The notes: a model not told the origin generated them from the letters alone. A stretch of DNA of 64,000 nt from Alistipes sp. (GCA_045659765.1 JAZRCN010000019.1:12775-76774), one strand, 5' to 3'; numbered from the stretch's first letter, positions 10,540-20,461 are shown. Translations and numbers: made by a program.

Positions 10540-10893
10540 CTAAGCTACGCTTGTTGGAGGGGCGCGCAGTAGGTTTAGCGAGGCACACAAAACATCGCTT
10601 GGACGGTACTCGATAACTGCTTTATCGGAGTGAAGATCGAGGCTGCTTGCTGCAACAGAGATAGGCTCTGAAATAAGCATATCGGCCGTGGCAAGGCGAG
10701 CAATAAGTCCTGCGTGTGAGGTGGTGTGAGAGTGCGATGTGGGAAGACCTGTGTAGGGGTGCGAGTGAACGATGCTTACACCGTCGATGTTATGGCTATG
10801 CACAAACAGCGTAGTACCGGTGATGTTGAATATCATCACCAGCATCAAAAGCAGCGATAAGATGCCGCCTTTATGTCGCTTTGCACTACACAT
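10540..10893 (-). CDS. Small His-rich membrane-anchored protein with C-terminal RAPP motif (candidate regulatory leader ORF)
   Basis: One TM helix, HSH...HSHP...HSH..SH, ending LLRAPPTSVA; directly upstream of the TonB-dependent receptor. Confidence 0.7.
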   Translation of the reverse strand: MCSAKRHKGGILSLLLMLVMIFNITGTTLFVHSHNIDGVSIVHSHPYTGLPTSHSHTTSHAGLIARLATADMLISEPISVAASSLDLHSDKAVIEYRPSDVLCASLNLLRAPPTSVA

Positions 10894-10912
10894 TTTTTAC
10901 TCTCTGCGGCTG

Positions 10913-10920
10913 CAAAGATA
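10913..10920 (-). promoter_or_regulatory. Bacteroidota -7 promoter box for the RAPP ORF/receptor unit
   Basis: CAAAGATA on + = TATCTTTG, 20 bp upstream of the ATG at 10893. Confidence 0.55.
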
Positions 10921-11045
10921 AGAAGAAATAATGAAACTTTTGTGGCTTGTTTGAATAAAAAATAGTTAACAGGCTACTATTTCTTAAAAAATTGTTCTAA
11001 ATTTCCACTTCGAGGGTGCAGAAAGTAGTGATTGTCGAGCACGAA

Positions 11046-11076
11046 TTTGTTTTTTAATAAAATATATGTATCTTTG
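11046..11076 (+). promoter_or_regulatory. Bacteroidota sigma-70 promoter (-33 TTTG / -7 TATCTTTG)
   Basis: TTTG at 11046 and TATCTTTG at 11069-11076 upstream of the OPT gene. Confidence 0.6.
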
Positions 11077-11116
11077 TATGATTTATAGAATAAAACACAA
11101 ATAAAACTATAACACT

Positions 11117-13102
11117 ATGCAAGAACAACAACCTAAAACATCGCTCCCGGAGAATGCCTACCGCGAGCTTCGTGACGGTGAGCAGTACAACCCCGTGATG
11201 GGTGCTGATCAGACTCCCGTGGAGGTAACTCCCTATTCGGTAACCGTGGGTATCCTTATGGCGATACTCTTCTCGGCTGCGGCAGCATATCTTGGCCTTA
11301 AGGTGGGTCAGGTGTTCGAGGCAGCAATCCCTATCGCTATCATCGCCGTAGGTCTTGGCCAGATGCGCGGTAAGAAGAATATGCTCGGCCAGAACGTAAT
11401 TATCCAGTCTATCGGTGCGTCGTCGGGCGTTATCGTGGCGGGTGCTATCTTCACGCTTCCTGCGCTCTACATCCTTGGTCTCGATGCAAAGTTCTATCAG
11501 GTATTCCTCTCATCGCTTCTCGGTGGTGTGCTCGGTATCGTATTGTTGATTCCTTTCCGCAAATACTTTGTTAAGGAGATGCACGGTAAGTATCCTTTCC
11601 CCGAGGCAACGGCTACTACCGAGGTGCTCGTGTCGGGCGAGAAGGGCGGTTCGCAGGCTAAGATTTTGGTGGCAGCGGGTCTTATCGGTGGTCTTTACGA
11701 CTTTATCGTATCGACATTCGGTGCTTGGACATCGTCACTCTCTACTCAGATGATGGGTTGGGGTAAGTGGCTTGCGGCAAATGCAAAGCTAACGTTTGGT
11801 CTTAACACATCGGCTGCGGTGCTTGGTCTTGGCTATATCATCGGTCTTAAGTATGCGCTTATCATCGCAGGTGGCTCGGCGTTGGTGTGGTTTGTTATCA
11901 TCCCTCTCGTAACGCCTTTGCTCTCGTTGTTCGATGCTGCAACTATCGGTGACGTGCTTCTCGGTATGGGTATCAACCCCGAGGGTCTTACAACTCCTGA
12001 GGGTATCTTCAAGGAGATTGGCCGTCCTATCGGTATCGGTGGTATCGCTATGGCAGGTCTTATCGGTATTATCCGCCAGGCGGGTATCATCAAGTCGGCT
12101 TTGTCGTTGGCAAAGAATGAGCTTGGCGGTAAGAAGAGTGCCGAGGTGGAGCCTCGCACGCAGAAGGATATTTCGATGAAGGTCATCATGACAATTATCG
12201 TTGCAGCACTCGTAGCTACGCTCTTCTTCTTCCAGTTTGGCGTGTTGAACAACTGGTTCCAGACAATCGTGGCTCTACTCATCGTATTTGTCATCGCGTT
12301 CCTCTTCACCACCGTAGCTGCTAATGCTATCGCTATTGTGGGTTCTAACCCCGTGTCGGGTATGACGCTTATGACGCTTATCCTCTCATCATTGGTTCTC
12401 GTTAGCGTGGGCCTCGAGGGTAAGTCGGGTATGATTGCAGCGTTGGTTATTGGTGGCGTGGTATGTACAGCACTCTCGATGGCGGGTGGCTTCATTACCG
12501 ACCTTAAGATCGGCTACTGGCTTGGTACAACACCTAAGAAGCAGCAGACTTGGAAGTTCGTCGGTACGTTCGTATCGGCTGCAACTGTAGCTGGTGTGAT
12601 GATTATCATGAACGATACATACGGCTTTGTTGGCGAGAATGCTTTGGTAGCTCCTCAGGCTAACGCTATGGCTGCCGTAATCCAGCCTTTGATGACGGGT
12701 GGTGCAACACCATGGCTTCTTTATGGTATTGGTGCTTTGTTGGCACTCGTACTCACATTCGCGAAGGTTCCTGCACTTCCATTCTCACTCGGTATGTTTA
12801 TCCCTATGGAGCTCAATGCACCACTCGTAGTTGGTGGTCTTGTTGCTTGGGCGGTTAATCGTCACAAGAATGCTGAGCAGGCTAAGGCAAACAATAACCG
12901 CGGTACACTCATCGCATCGGGCTTCATCGCTGGTGGTGCTTTGATGGGTGTGGTTAGTGCAATCTTGGCGTTTGCAGGTCTTAACCTCACGCTTACAGGC
13001 TGGGCTGGCTCGGCCTATGCAGAGATCTTGGGCTTGGTGATGTACGTAGCCCTTATCGCATACTTCATCTGGCATTCACGCAAGGCTCGTATCGGAGAGT
13101 AA
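11117..13102 (+). CDS. Oligopeptide transporter, OPT family
   Basis: YLGLKVG, PFPEATAT, NPVSGMT, DLKIGYWLG and APQANAM motifs; many TM helices. Confidence 0.92.
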   Translation: MQEQQPKTSLPENAYRELRDGEQYNPVMGADQTPVEVTPYSVTVGILMAILFSAAAAYLGLKVGQVFEAAIPIAIIAVGLGQMRGKKNMLGQNVIIQSIGASSGVIVAGAIFTLPALYILGLDAKFYQVFLSSLLGGVLGIVLLIPFRKYFVKEMHGKYPFPEATATTEVLVSGEKGGSQAKILVAAGLIGGLYDFIVSTFGAWTSSLSTQMMGWGKWLAANAKLTFGLNTSAAVLGLGYIIGLKYALIIAGGSALVWFVIIPLVTPLLSLFDAATIGDVLLGMGINPEGLTTPEGIFKEIGRPIGIGGIAMAGLIGIIRQAGIIKSALSLAKNELGGKKSAEVEPRTQKDISMKVIMTIIVAALVATLFFFQFGVLNNWFQTIVALLIVFVIAFLFTTVAANAIAIVGSNPVSGMTLMTLILSSLVLVSVGLEGKSGMIAALVIGGVVCTALSMAGGFITDLKIGYWLGTTPKKQQTWKFVGTFVSAATVAGVMIIMNDTYGFVGENALVAPQANAMAAVIQPLMTGGATPWLLYGIGALLALVLTFAKVPALPFSLGMFIPMELNAPLVVGGLVAWAVNRHKNAEQAKANNNRGTLIASGFIAGGALMGVVSAILAFAGLNLTLTGWAGSAYAEILGLVMYVALIAYFIWHSRKARIGE

Positions 13103-13148
13103 TATTTAGTAGATTAACTTTGTCGCAATAAAATCAAATAGATAAAAT

Positions 13149-14366
13149 ATGGACTTGAAAGAGAGATTTTTGAAATATGTGTCGTTCGATACTCGTTCAG
13201 ACGAGAATAGCACGACATTCCCCTCTACCGAGAAGCAGCTTGTATTGTTGCGCTTCCTCAAGGAGGAGCTCGAGACAATCGGCCTCAAGGAGGTTACTAT
13301 GGATGAGTATGGCTATGTTATGGCCACACTCCCTGCAACCCCTGGTTATGAGAATGCTCCCGTTATCGGCTTTATCTCGCACGTAGACACGGCTCCCGAT
13401 ATGAGCGGTGAGAACGTGAAGCCTCACGTTGTGGAGAACTACAACGGTCGTGACATCCTCCTTGGCAACGATGTATGGTTGCGCGTTGAGGAGTTCCCCG
13501 AGTTGGCATTCTTCAAGGGTCATACCCTTATCCACACCGATGGTACTACGCTTCTTGGTGCTGACGATAAGGCAGGTGTTGCCGAGATCGTGACAGCTAT
13601 GGAGTGGCTTGTGGCACATCCCGAGGTGCCACACGGTAAGATCCGCGTGGGTTTCACTCCCGATGAGGAGATTGGTCGTGGTGTGGACTACTTCAATGTG
13701 GAGAAGTTTGCTGCCGACTTCGCATACACCATGGATGGCGGTATGGAGGGTGAGTTGGAGTATGAGAACTTCAATGCTGCGGGTGCTAAGATTCTTATCT
13801 CTGGCCGTAACGTACACCCTGGTATGGCAAAGAACAAGATGATCAACGCTATCGACATCGCAACCGAGCTTAACGGCATGCTTCCCGCATCGGAGCGTCC
13901 TCAGTATACGGAGGGTTACGAGGGCTTCTTCCACTGCGTAGGTATTCGTGGCGCTGTTGAGGAGGCTGAGATCAACTATATCATCCGTGATCACGACTCT
14001 GAGAAGTTTGAGCAGAAGAAGCAACTTATGTGGGATGTCGTAAACTTCCTTCAGCGTAAGTATGGCGAGAAGGTGCTCACGCTCAATATGCGCGATCAGT
14101 ACTACAATATGCGCAAGATGGTTGAGCCACACCCACAGGTTATCGAGAAGGCGCGTCGTGCGATGATCGAGGCAGGTGTTAAGCCTTTGGTTAAGCCTAT
14201 TCGTGGTGGTACCGATGGTTCACGTCTATCGTTCATGGGTCTTCCATGTCCCAACCTCTTTACAGGTGGTATGAACTTCCATGGTCGTTATGAGTATGCG
14301 TCGCTTACTACGATGAATCGTGCGATGAATACTATTATCAACCTTGCTCGCATCTGGACAGAGTAA
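13149..14366 (+). CDS. pepT: Peptidase T (M20B tripeptidase)
   Basis: SHVDT, LGADDKAG, FTPDEEIG, PIRGGTDG, NFHG motifs. Confidence 0.95.
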   Translation: MDLKERFLKYVSFDTRSDENSTTFPSTEKQLVLLRFLKEELETIGLKEVTMDEYGYVMATLPATPGYENAPVIGFISHVDTAPDMSGENVKPHVVENYNGRDILLGNDVWLRVEEFPELAFFKGHTLIHTDGTTLLGADDKAGVAEIVTAMEWLVAHPEVPHGKIRVGFTPDEEIGRGVDYFNVEKFAADFAYTMDGGMEGELEYENFNAAGAKILISGRNVHPGMAKNKMINAIDIATELNGMLPASERPQYTEGYEGFFHCVGIRGAVEEAEINYIIRDHDSEKFEQKKQLMWDVVNFLQRKYGEKVLTLNMRDQYYNMRKMVEPHPQVIEKARRAMIEAGVKPLVKPIRGGTDGSRLSFMGLPCPNLFTGGMNFHGRYEYASLTTMNRAMNTIINLARIWTE

Positions 14367-14490
14367 TTTTTGTGATAAGGGGGCATATGCAGCCTCTCAA
14401 GCGTCGGGTTGAATGGAAAATACGTAGAGTGTGTCCTATCCACCCCGCCTCTTGAGCGAGACAGCATCTAACTCCGTCTAACAAAAATTA
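14364..14490. repeat. 127-bp ERIC-like hairpin element, subfamily A (diverged copy)
   Basis: TAATTTTTGTGATAAGG...TCTAACAAAAATTA; begins at the pepT TAA; homologous to the 34013 and 42924 copies with compensatory changes. Confidence 0.8.
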
Positions 14491-14579
14491 ATTTAGCGGA
14501 TAGCTATTGGCGGAATTAACCTTCTGCTTGATGTTAATCTGAAAGAAACTACTAAACTGTTCGTAAAAATAGAGTGATT

Positions 14580-16526
14580 ATGAACAACCAATATGGCTAT
14601 ATGAGAGTTGCGGCGGCTGTGCCTCGTGTGCACATCGCTGATGCCTATCGCAATGCTGAAGGCGCTCTCAAGATTATAGAGGAGGCTTTTAGCGAGGGTG
14701 TCGAGATTGTCGTAATGCCCGAGCTCTCGCTCGTAGGTTACACCTGTGGCGACATGGTACTACAGAAGAAGTTGCTAAGCGACTCGGAGCGCGCCTTGGC
14801 ATGGCTTATGGAGCAGACGGCCGACATCCCTACAATCGGTATTGTGGGTCTTCCCGTGGTATTTGCCGATCGACTTTACAACTGCGCTGCGGTATTCGGT
14901 CAGGGTCAGTTGTGGGGTATTGTTCCTAAGTGCTACATCCCCAACTATGGCGAGTTCTCGGAGCTTCGCTGGTGGGTGTCGGGCTACGGTATCAAGGATC
15001 GTACAATACGTTTTGCAGGTCAGGAGTGCCCCTTTGGTGCTGACCTTATGTTCGATAAGAACGGCGTAGAGTTTGGCGTGGAGATCTGCGAGGATATGTG
15101 GGTGCCCGTGCCTCCCTCATCAATGCAGGCAGTGCAGGGTGCAAAGCTTTTGTTCAACCTATCGGCATCGCCCGAGTCGGTATGTAAGCACGACTACCTC
15201 ATCTCGCTTATCGCCGAGCAGTCTTCACGTACTATGGCAGCGTATGTCTACGCATCGTCGGGTCATGGCGAGTCGTCGAGCGACCTCGTATTTGCGGGTA
15301 ATGCTGTTATCGCCGAGCTTGGCCGTGTGTTGGGCGTTAGCGAGCGTTTCGTGCGTAACGACCGTATGGTAATCTCGGATATCGACGTGGAGTATATCTC
15401 GACACGTCGTACAGCACGCAATACGTTCTACTATCCCGATGCTCCCGAGATGCGAGTGGTGGAGATCGACGTAGACGACATCCTCTATCAGGGCGATGTG
15501 CGTCGTCATATCGAGCCTCTCTACTTCGTTCCCGAGAAGGAGGCTGACCGCGATGTACACTGCCGCGAGGTATTCGCTATTCAGAGCGCAGGTCTTGCAC
15601 AGCGCTTGGAGCATACCAACTGCAAGACTGCCGTAATCGGTATTTCGGGTGGCTTAGACTCTACGTTGGCACTCTTGGCAGTGTGTGATACCTTCGACCT
15701 CTTGGGTCTTGATCGCAAGGGTATCATCGGTGTTACGATGCCAGGCTTCGGCACAACGGGTCGTACATACCAGAACGCTCTTACGATGGTTAAGGAGCTT
15801 GGCTGTAAGCTTCGTGAGATTCCTATCCGTGAGGCGTGTGAGCAGCACTTCAAGGATATCGGCCTTAGCGCTGACGAGAAGTCTGTGACGTATGAAAATT
15901 CGCAGGCACGTGAGCGTACGCAGATCCTTATGGATGTTGCGAATATGTGTGGCGGTATGGTTATTGGTACTGGCGATATGAGTGAGTTGGCTCTCGGTTG
16001 GGCAACATACAACGGAGATCAGATGTCGATGTATGGTATCAACGCTTCGGTGCCCAAGACATTGGTGCGTTCGATGGTCGATTGGTATGCTAATAATCGC
16101 GCTGAGGGTGCGTTGCGCGAGGCTTTGTTGGATGTCGTGGCTACGCCTGTTAGCCCTGAGCTTCTTCCCGCTACGGAGGGTGGTGAGATTGCACAGCGTA
16201 CCGAGGATGTTGTTGGCCCTTACGAGCTCCACGACTTCTTCCTCTACTGCGCATTGCGTCGTCGTTACTCACCCACGAAGATTGCTATGTTGGCAACTAT
16301 CGCCTTCGAGGGTACATACGATAAGGCTACAATCGTTAAGTGGCTCAAGGTATTCTTCCACCGCTTCTTCGGTCAGCAGTTCAAGCGTTCGGCAATGCCC
16401 GATGGTCCTAAGGTTGGTGGCGTAGGTCTTTCGCCACGTGGTGACCTTCGCATGCCTTCGGATGCTCAGGAGCGTGCTTGGCTGGCAGAACTTGATGAGG
16501 TTGAGGCTGAGCTTAGCAAGTTGTAA
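14580..16526 (+). CDS. nadE: Glutamine-dependent NAD+ synthetase
   Basis: N-terminal nitrilase-like domain (MPEL, PK, EICED) plus GISGGLDS, ENSQARER, QFKRSAMP. Confidence 0.95.
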   Translation: MNNQYGYMRVAAAVPRVHIADAYRNAEGALKIIEEAFSEGVEIVVMPELSLVGYTCGDMVLQKKLLSDSERALAWLMEQTADIPTIGIVGLPVVFADRLYNCAAVFGQGQLWGIVPKCYIPNYGEFSELRWWVSGYGIKDRTIRFAGQECPFGADLMFDKNGVEFGVEICEDMWVPVPPSSMQAVQGAKLLFNLSASPESVCKHDYLISLIAEQSSRTMAAYVYASSGHGESSSDLVFAGNAVIAELGRVLGVSERFVRNDRMVISDIDVEYISTRRTARNTFYYPDAPEMRVVEIDVDDILYQGDVRRHIEPLYFVPEKEADRDVHCREVFAIQSAGLAQRLEHTNCKTAVIGISGGLDSTLALLAVCDTFDLLGLDRKGIIGVTMPGFGTTGRTYQNALTMVKELGCKLREIPIREACEQHFKDIGLSADEKSVTYENSQARERTQILMDVANMCGGMVIGTGDMSELALGWATYNGDQMSMYGINASVPKTLVRSMVDWYANNRAEGALREALLDVVATPVSPELLPATEGGEIAQRTEDVVGPYELHDFFLYCALRRRYSPTKIAMLATIAFEGTYDKATIVKWLKVFFHRFFGQQFKRSAMPDGPKVGGVGLSPRGDLRMPSDAQERAWLAELDEVEAELSKL

Positions 16527-16533
16527 TATGATG

Positions 16534-16582
16534 CCGAGGTAGCAACCGCACAGAACGTGTAATGCTATCTCGGCCTATTTTA
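16534..16582 (+). terminator. Hairpin after nadE, possible terminator
   Basis: GCCGAGGTAGCA...TGCTATCTCGGC followed by an AT/T-rich tract; large loop. Confidence 0.45.
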
Positions 16583-16602
16583 TATAATAGGTATCTTTAG
16601 TT

Positions 16603-17232
16603 ATGAAGCGTTTTGCATTGCTTCTTGGCCTCGTTTTGATGTCTGTGTTATATCCCGCGAGTGCCATGGCGCAAGTAGATCTTTCGAAGGCCTTTGGTGC
16701 GCTTCTCGGGGCGGTGGAAACTGCACCTGCGGAGAATCCGTTGGAGCTTATCGCTAAGTCGGCTCCTAAGGCGCGTGATGTTGTGCGTACGTGGGCTTAC
16801 GAAAAACTATATTTCGAGTATCTTGGCACAAACCCTCTTGCCGATGTTGCGCTGCAGCAGCTCGATAGTACGGTGCAAGCAGCCCTAAAGCGCGAGGGTA
16901 TAGTGTCGGGAGCATTCACGCTTACGTTATGTCGTAATGCTACGGGCTTTATCATGCGTGATGGCTCGGCGATTGATGGCGAGTATAGGTACAACGAGGA
17001 GAAGGGGCGTGTAGAGTTCTCGGTGCTTGTAAATGGCACGAAATATGGCTGTGGTGGCTTTTTTAAGCTCAAGGATGAGAATCTCGTAGTTATGGTTGAT
17101 GCTCGAGATCTTTATGATATCTATCTCGCAGAGTCACCTCAATATCGTAACGATCAGACGGCGCTTGCTATCAAGGGTGTGTTGGATGGCTTCCCAGGGG
17201 TATTTATATCGTTGGAGTTTTCTAAAAACTAA
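16603..17232 (+). CDS. Secreted DUF4923-like (lipocalin-like) protein
   Basis: Signal peptide, VRTWAY motif and beta-rich core resembling Bacteroidales DUF4923. Confidence 0.55.
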   Translation: MKRFALLLGLVLMSVLYPASAMAQVDLSKAFGALLGAVETAPAENPLELIAKSAPKARDVVRTWAYEKLYFEYLGTNPLADVALQQLDSTVQAALKREGIVSGAFTLTLCRNATGFIMRDGSAIDGEYRYNEEKGRVEFSVLVNGTKYGCGGFFKLKDENLVVMVDARDLYDIYLAESPQYRNDQTALAIKGVLDGFPGVFISLEFSKN

Positions 17233-17372
17233 AATTTCTTGTGATAAGCAGTCATCTGCGACCCATCCCAAAAAGTAAGACCCCTCGGGCTGTACGTCTA
17301 AGTACTATCCTGAGGGGCCTTCTTTTACTCTAATCTTCGAAGTGTCGTCTATGTCGCTACTTGAAAAATATT
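17233..17372. repeat. Divergent ERIC-like hairpin element (subfamily A-related)
   Basis: Starts AATTTCTTGTGATAAG-cagtcatc immediately after a TAA; inner stem CCCCTCGGG..TACGTCTAAGTA..CCTGAGGGG. Confidence 0.65.
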
Positions 17373-17898
17373 AAAATGGCATATCGTCGGGATCCTCCGC
17401 AGGAATGGAGGGTGCCATAGGCTGAGGTGCGGGTGCGCTCTGTGGCGCGTAGCCGCTCTGCTGTGGCTGAGCATAACCACCGCCCTGATAGCTGCTCTGC
17501 TGTGGCTGAGCATAACCGCTCTGCTGTGGCTGTGAGTAGCCACCCTGATAGTTGCTCTGCTGTGGGGTGTCGCTGCGACGACCGAGGAGCTTCATCTCGT
17601 CGGCTACAATCTCTACGGCAGTGTGCTTGACGCCATCCTTGTCCCACTCACGTGAACGTAGGCGACCCTCAATATAGATCTGAGAGCCTTTGCGAACAAA
17701 CTTGTCGGCAACATCTGCCAAGCCTCTCCACAACGTAACTGTGTGCCACTCGGTGTGGTCGGTGCTCTCGTTGGTCTGACGATTGAAGATGCGCTCTGTG
17801 GTGGCGAGGCGTAGGCGTGCGACCTTCACGCCCGACTCCAACGAGCGTACCTCGGGGTCCATGCCCACATTACCTACCAAAATTACTTTGTTAATCAT
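17371..17898 (-). CDS. ssb: Single-stranded DNA-binding protein
   Basis: MINKVILVGNVG, TEWH, IEGRLR, acidic C-terminal DDMPF; Q/S/G/Y-rich repeated linker. Confidence 0.95.
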   Translation of the reverse strand: MINKVILVGNVGMDPEVRSLESGVKVARLRLATTERIFNRQTNESTDHTEWHTVTLWRGLADVADKFVRKGSQIYIEGRLRSREWDKDGVKHTAVEIVADEMKLLGRRSDTPQQSNYQGGYSQPQQSGYAQPQQSSYQGGGYAQPQQSGYAPQSAPAPQPMAPSIPAEDPDDMPF

Positions 17899-17918
17899 AC
17901 TCTTATATCGTTAATCGT

Positions 17919-18974
17919 TTATTCTGTATTATCGCTCCCCTTGTGCTCGATCTCGGCGATAAGGTTGCCGATAAAATCGCGATCGGGACCGTCGATGAAG
18001 TTAATCTCGATAGGCTGATAGTACATCGCACGACGTAGTGCCTCGGGGAGGCGTGTTGCACGACGAAGACGTACGGCATCCTTCTCGGTCATAAGCACAA
18101 TAGCGCGAGGATTCTTCCTTAACTTTGCGTATATAGCCTTCAAATCCTCTACCGTATAGCGATGGTGGTCGGCAAAAAATACTTTGTCTACAACATAGAA
18201 GTTTTGCTCGGCATTGCGGGCAAAGATACGTGGATTGCCAATACCAGCCATAAGAATAGCATGCTGGCCATAGTTTACCTCGTCGCGCTCGTCGAAATGG
18301 AAGAGTGGCTCGACATTGCGCTCCTTAATCCCCGTAAAATAGACCTTTTGGAAGGCGATCTTACGTAGCTTATTGCGCCACAAGCGACGATCGAGAGGTG
18401 ACATCTCCTCCGAGCACTTCGTAACGACGAAGAACTGTGCTGCGCTCAATCGAGAGCGTATATCGCGTAGTCGGCCCAATGGCAACATGTGGTCGCGGTC
18501 GATAGGTCGTGTAGAGTCTACGATGATGATATTGACCTTAGGCTGGATAGCGCGGTGCTGGAAGCCGTCATCCATGATGACCAGATTGACCTCGGGATGC
18601 TCCTTTATGATGCGCTCGATGGCCTCGACTCTATCTTCGCACACTACGACAAGCGTGTTGCCATACTTGAGCTTTATCTGCAAAGGCTCATCACCGACAT
18701 CCAAATAGGAGTCGTCGGCCGATACTTCGCGGTAGCCCCTGGTGCGGCGTCCATAACCGCGCGAAAGTATCGCAATGGTGTAGCGTGCAGAGAGTTGCGA
18801 TAGAAGATACTCGACCATTGGGGTTTTGCCCGTGCCACCTACGGTGATATTGCCTATGCACACAATGGGGATGGGGAAGCTAAAACTTTTGAATACTCCC
18901 CAATCGTAGAGGCGATGTCGGATGACGATCACCAACGTGTATATCCACGACAATATGGTCTTAATAAATTTCAT
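17919..18974 (-). CDS. lpxK: Tetraacyldisaccharide 4'-kinase
   Basis: GNITVGGTGKTP, LSRGYG, GDEP, DDGFQH, PLGRLR, TEKDAV. Confidence 0.95.
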   Translation of the reverse strand: MKFIKTILSWIYTLVIVIRHRLYDWGVFKSFSFPIPIVCIGNITVGGTGKTPMVEYLLSQLSARYTIAILSRGYGRRTRGYREVSADDSYLDVGDEPLQIKLKYGNTLVVVCEDRVEAIERIIKEHPEVNLVIMDDGFQHRAIQPKVNIIIVDSTRPIDRDHMLPLGRLRDIRSRLSAAQFFVVTKCSEEMSPLDRRLWRNKLRKIAFQKVYFTGIKERNVEPLFHFDERDEVNYGQHAILMAGIGNPRIFARNAEQNFYVVDKVFFADHHRYTVEDLKAIYAKLRKNPRAIVLMTEKDAVRLRRATRLPEALRRAMYYQPIEINFIDGPDRDFIGNLIAEIEHKGSDNTE

Positions 18975-19135
18975 CTTTCTCGCGAAACCGAATCTTACAA
19001 TTCGGTCAAAGATAGCGTTTTATTTTGATATGGCAAAATTATACACTCTTTTTATCCAATATTCCATATTGGGAGGTGTTAATTTATGTCCCGAATTTTT
19101 CGAAGTCCGCAATAAAATTATTACCTTTGCAAGGT

Positions 19136-20455
19136 ATGAAACGACTACGATATATTACCGCCATAGCGTTGCTTTTGGGTGCAACATCATGCGGCGTATT
19201 CTCATCCGATAAAGAGAGCGAAAATCAGAGTATTGAGGCTGAGGCTCAGGAGCCTACGCTTCTCTACGGTATCAATATCGAAGGCTACGACATTAAGCGA
19301 GATACGGTGCGCTCGGGACAAACCGTGGGCGGAATATTGTCGCACTATGGCGTATCGGCCTATATGGTAGATCGCCTTGATCGCATGTCGAAGGATATAT
19401 TCCCATTGCGTCAAATTAGAGCCGACAATGGCTACACGACATTCACGCGCGAGGTGAGCGACTCGCTATCGACACGCACGGTGCTCGACTACCTGGTCTA
19501 TCATCGCAACTTGGTCGATTATGTGGTCTTTGGCTTCCATGGCGACTCGATAAGCATCAATCTCGGCTCACGCCCTGTAGATGTCGTGCGTAAGCAACAC
19601 GAGGCGGTTATCACATCGTCGTTGTGGGGGGCGATTATGGAGAAGGATATGCCCTATGCATTGGCTGCGGAGTTTGAGGATATCTTCCAGTGGACGGTAG
19701 ATTTCTTCGGCATACAGTCGGGCGACTCGTTCAGCGTGATATACGACGAGAAGTTTATCGAGGGCGAGTCGGTGGGTATCGGCACGGTGTGGGGTGCGCT
19801 CTTTAACCATGGCGGAAAGACCTACTACGCGATTCCCTATGCTCAGGATGGCGAAAAACTGAGATATTGGGAGGCTAACGGCGAGTCGTTGCGCAAGCAG
19901 CTGCTCAAAGCTCCACTGAAGTACTATTCGCGTATCAGCTCGAAGTTCTCGAATGCGCGACTACATCCCGTACATAAGGTCTATCGCCCGCATCATGGCG
20001 TAGACTATGCAGCACCTTCAGGTACGCCCGTATATTCGGTTGCCGATGGCGTTGTTACGAAGTGCGGCTGGGGTGGCGGTGGTGGTAACACCATCAAGAT
20101 TAAGCATGCAGGAAATATCGTCACGGGATATCTCCACCTACGAGGCTTTGCAAAGGGCATCCGTGTAGGTACGCACGTGTCGCAGGGACAGCTTATCGGT
20201 TATGTCGGCTCTACGGGAACATCCACTGGTCCGCACCTCGACTATCGCCTATGGAAGAATGGCACGGCCATAGACCCTCTGAAGGTGCCACAGGAGCCTG
20301 CCGAGCCTATCAAGGAGGAGCACAAGGCGCGTTTCGAGGCGGTGCGCGATAGGGTGATTGCCGAGTTGGAGTATAGAAGTTGTGATTTGTTACCACGCAT
20401 CGCTGAGGAGGATATCTATCCTAATAGAGCGGTAGATACGGTCGTTGTAAAATAG
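19136..20455 (+). CDS. M23 family peptidoglycan endopeptidase (MepM-like), lipoprotein
   Basis: Start MKRLRY with lipobox GATSC; HHGVDY, YLHL, STGPHLDY; -7 box TACCTTTG at 19122. Confidence 0.9.
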   Translation: MKRLRYITAIALLLGATSCGVFSSDKESENQSIEAEAQEPTLLYGINIEGYDIKRDTVRSGQTVGGILSHYGVSAYMVDRLDRMSKDIFPLRQIRADNGYTTFTREVSDSLSTRTVLDYLVYHRNLVDYVVFGFHGDSISINLGSRPVDVVRKQHEAVITSSLWGAIMEKDMPYALAAEFEDIFQWTVDFFGIQSGDSFSVIYDEKFIEGESVGIGTVWGALFNHGGKTYYAIPYAQDGEKLRYWEANGESLRKQLLKAPLKYYSRISSKFSNARLHPVHKVYRPHHGVDYAAPSGTPVYSVADGVVTKCGWGGGGGNTIKIKHAGNIVTGYLHLRGFAKGIRVGTHVSQGQLIGYVGSTGTSTGPHLDYRLWKNGTAIDPLKVPQEPAEPIKEEHKARFEAVRDRVIAELEYRSCDLLPRIAEEDIYPNRAVDTVVVK

Positions 20456-20461
20456 CGTGTT

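Noticed and set aside
10894-11116. Cobalamin riboswitch upstream of the TonB-dependent receptor
   Set aside because: The region is short and AT-rich with no B12-box or GGGAA core motifs
13197-14132. Long antisense ORFs (311 aa opposite pepT; also 28725-29618, 45629-46432, 11833-12495)
   Set aside because: Shadow frames of strongly biased host genes; no recognisable domains
14491-14579. NrtR site or NAD riboswitch upstream of nadE
   Set aside because: No convincing palindrome or conserved aptamer could be identified by eye
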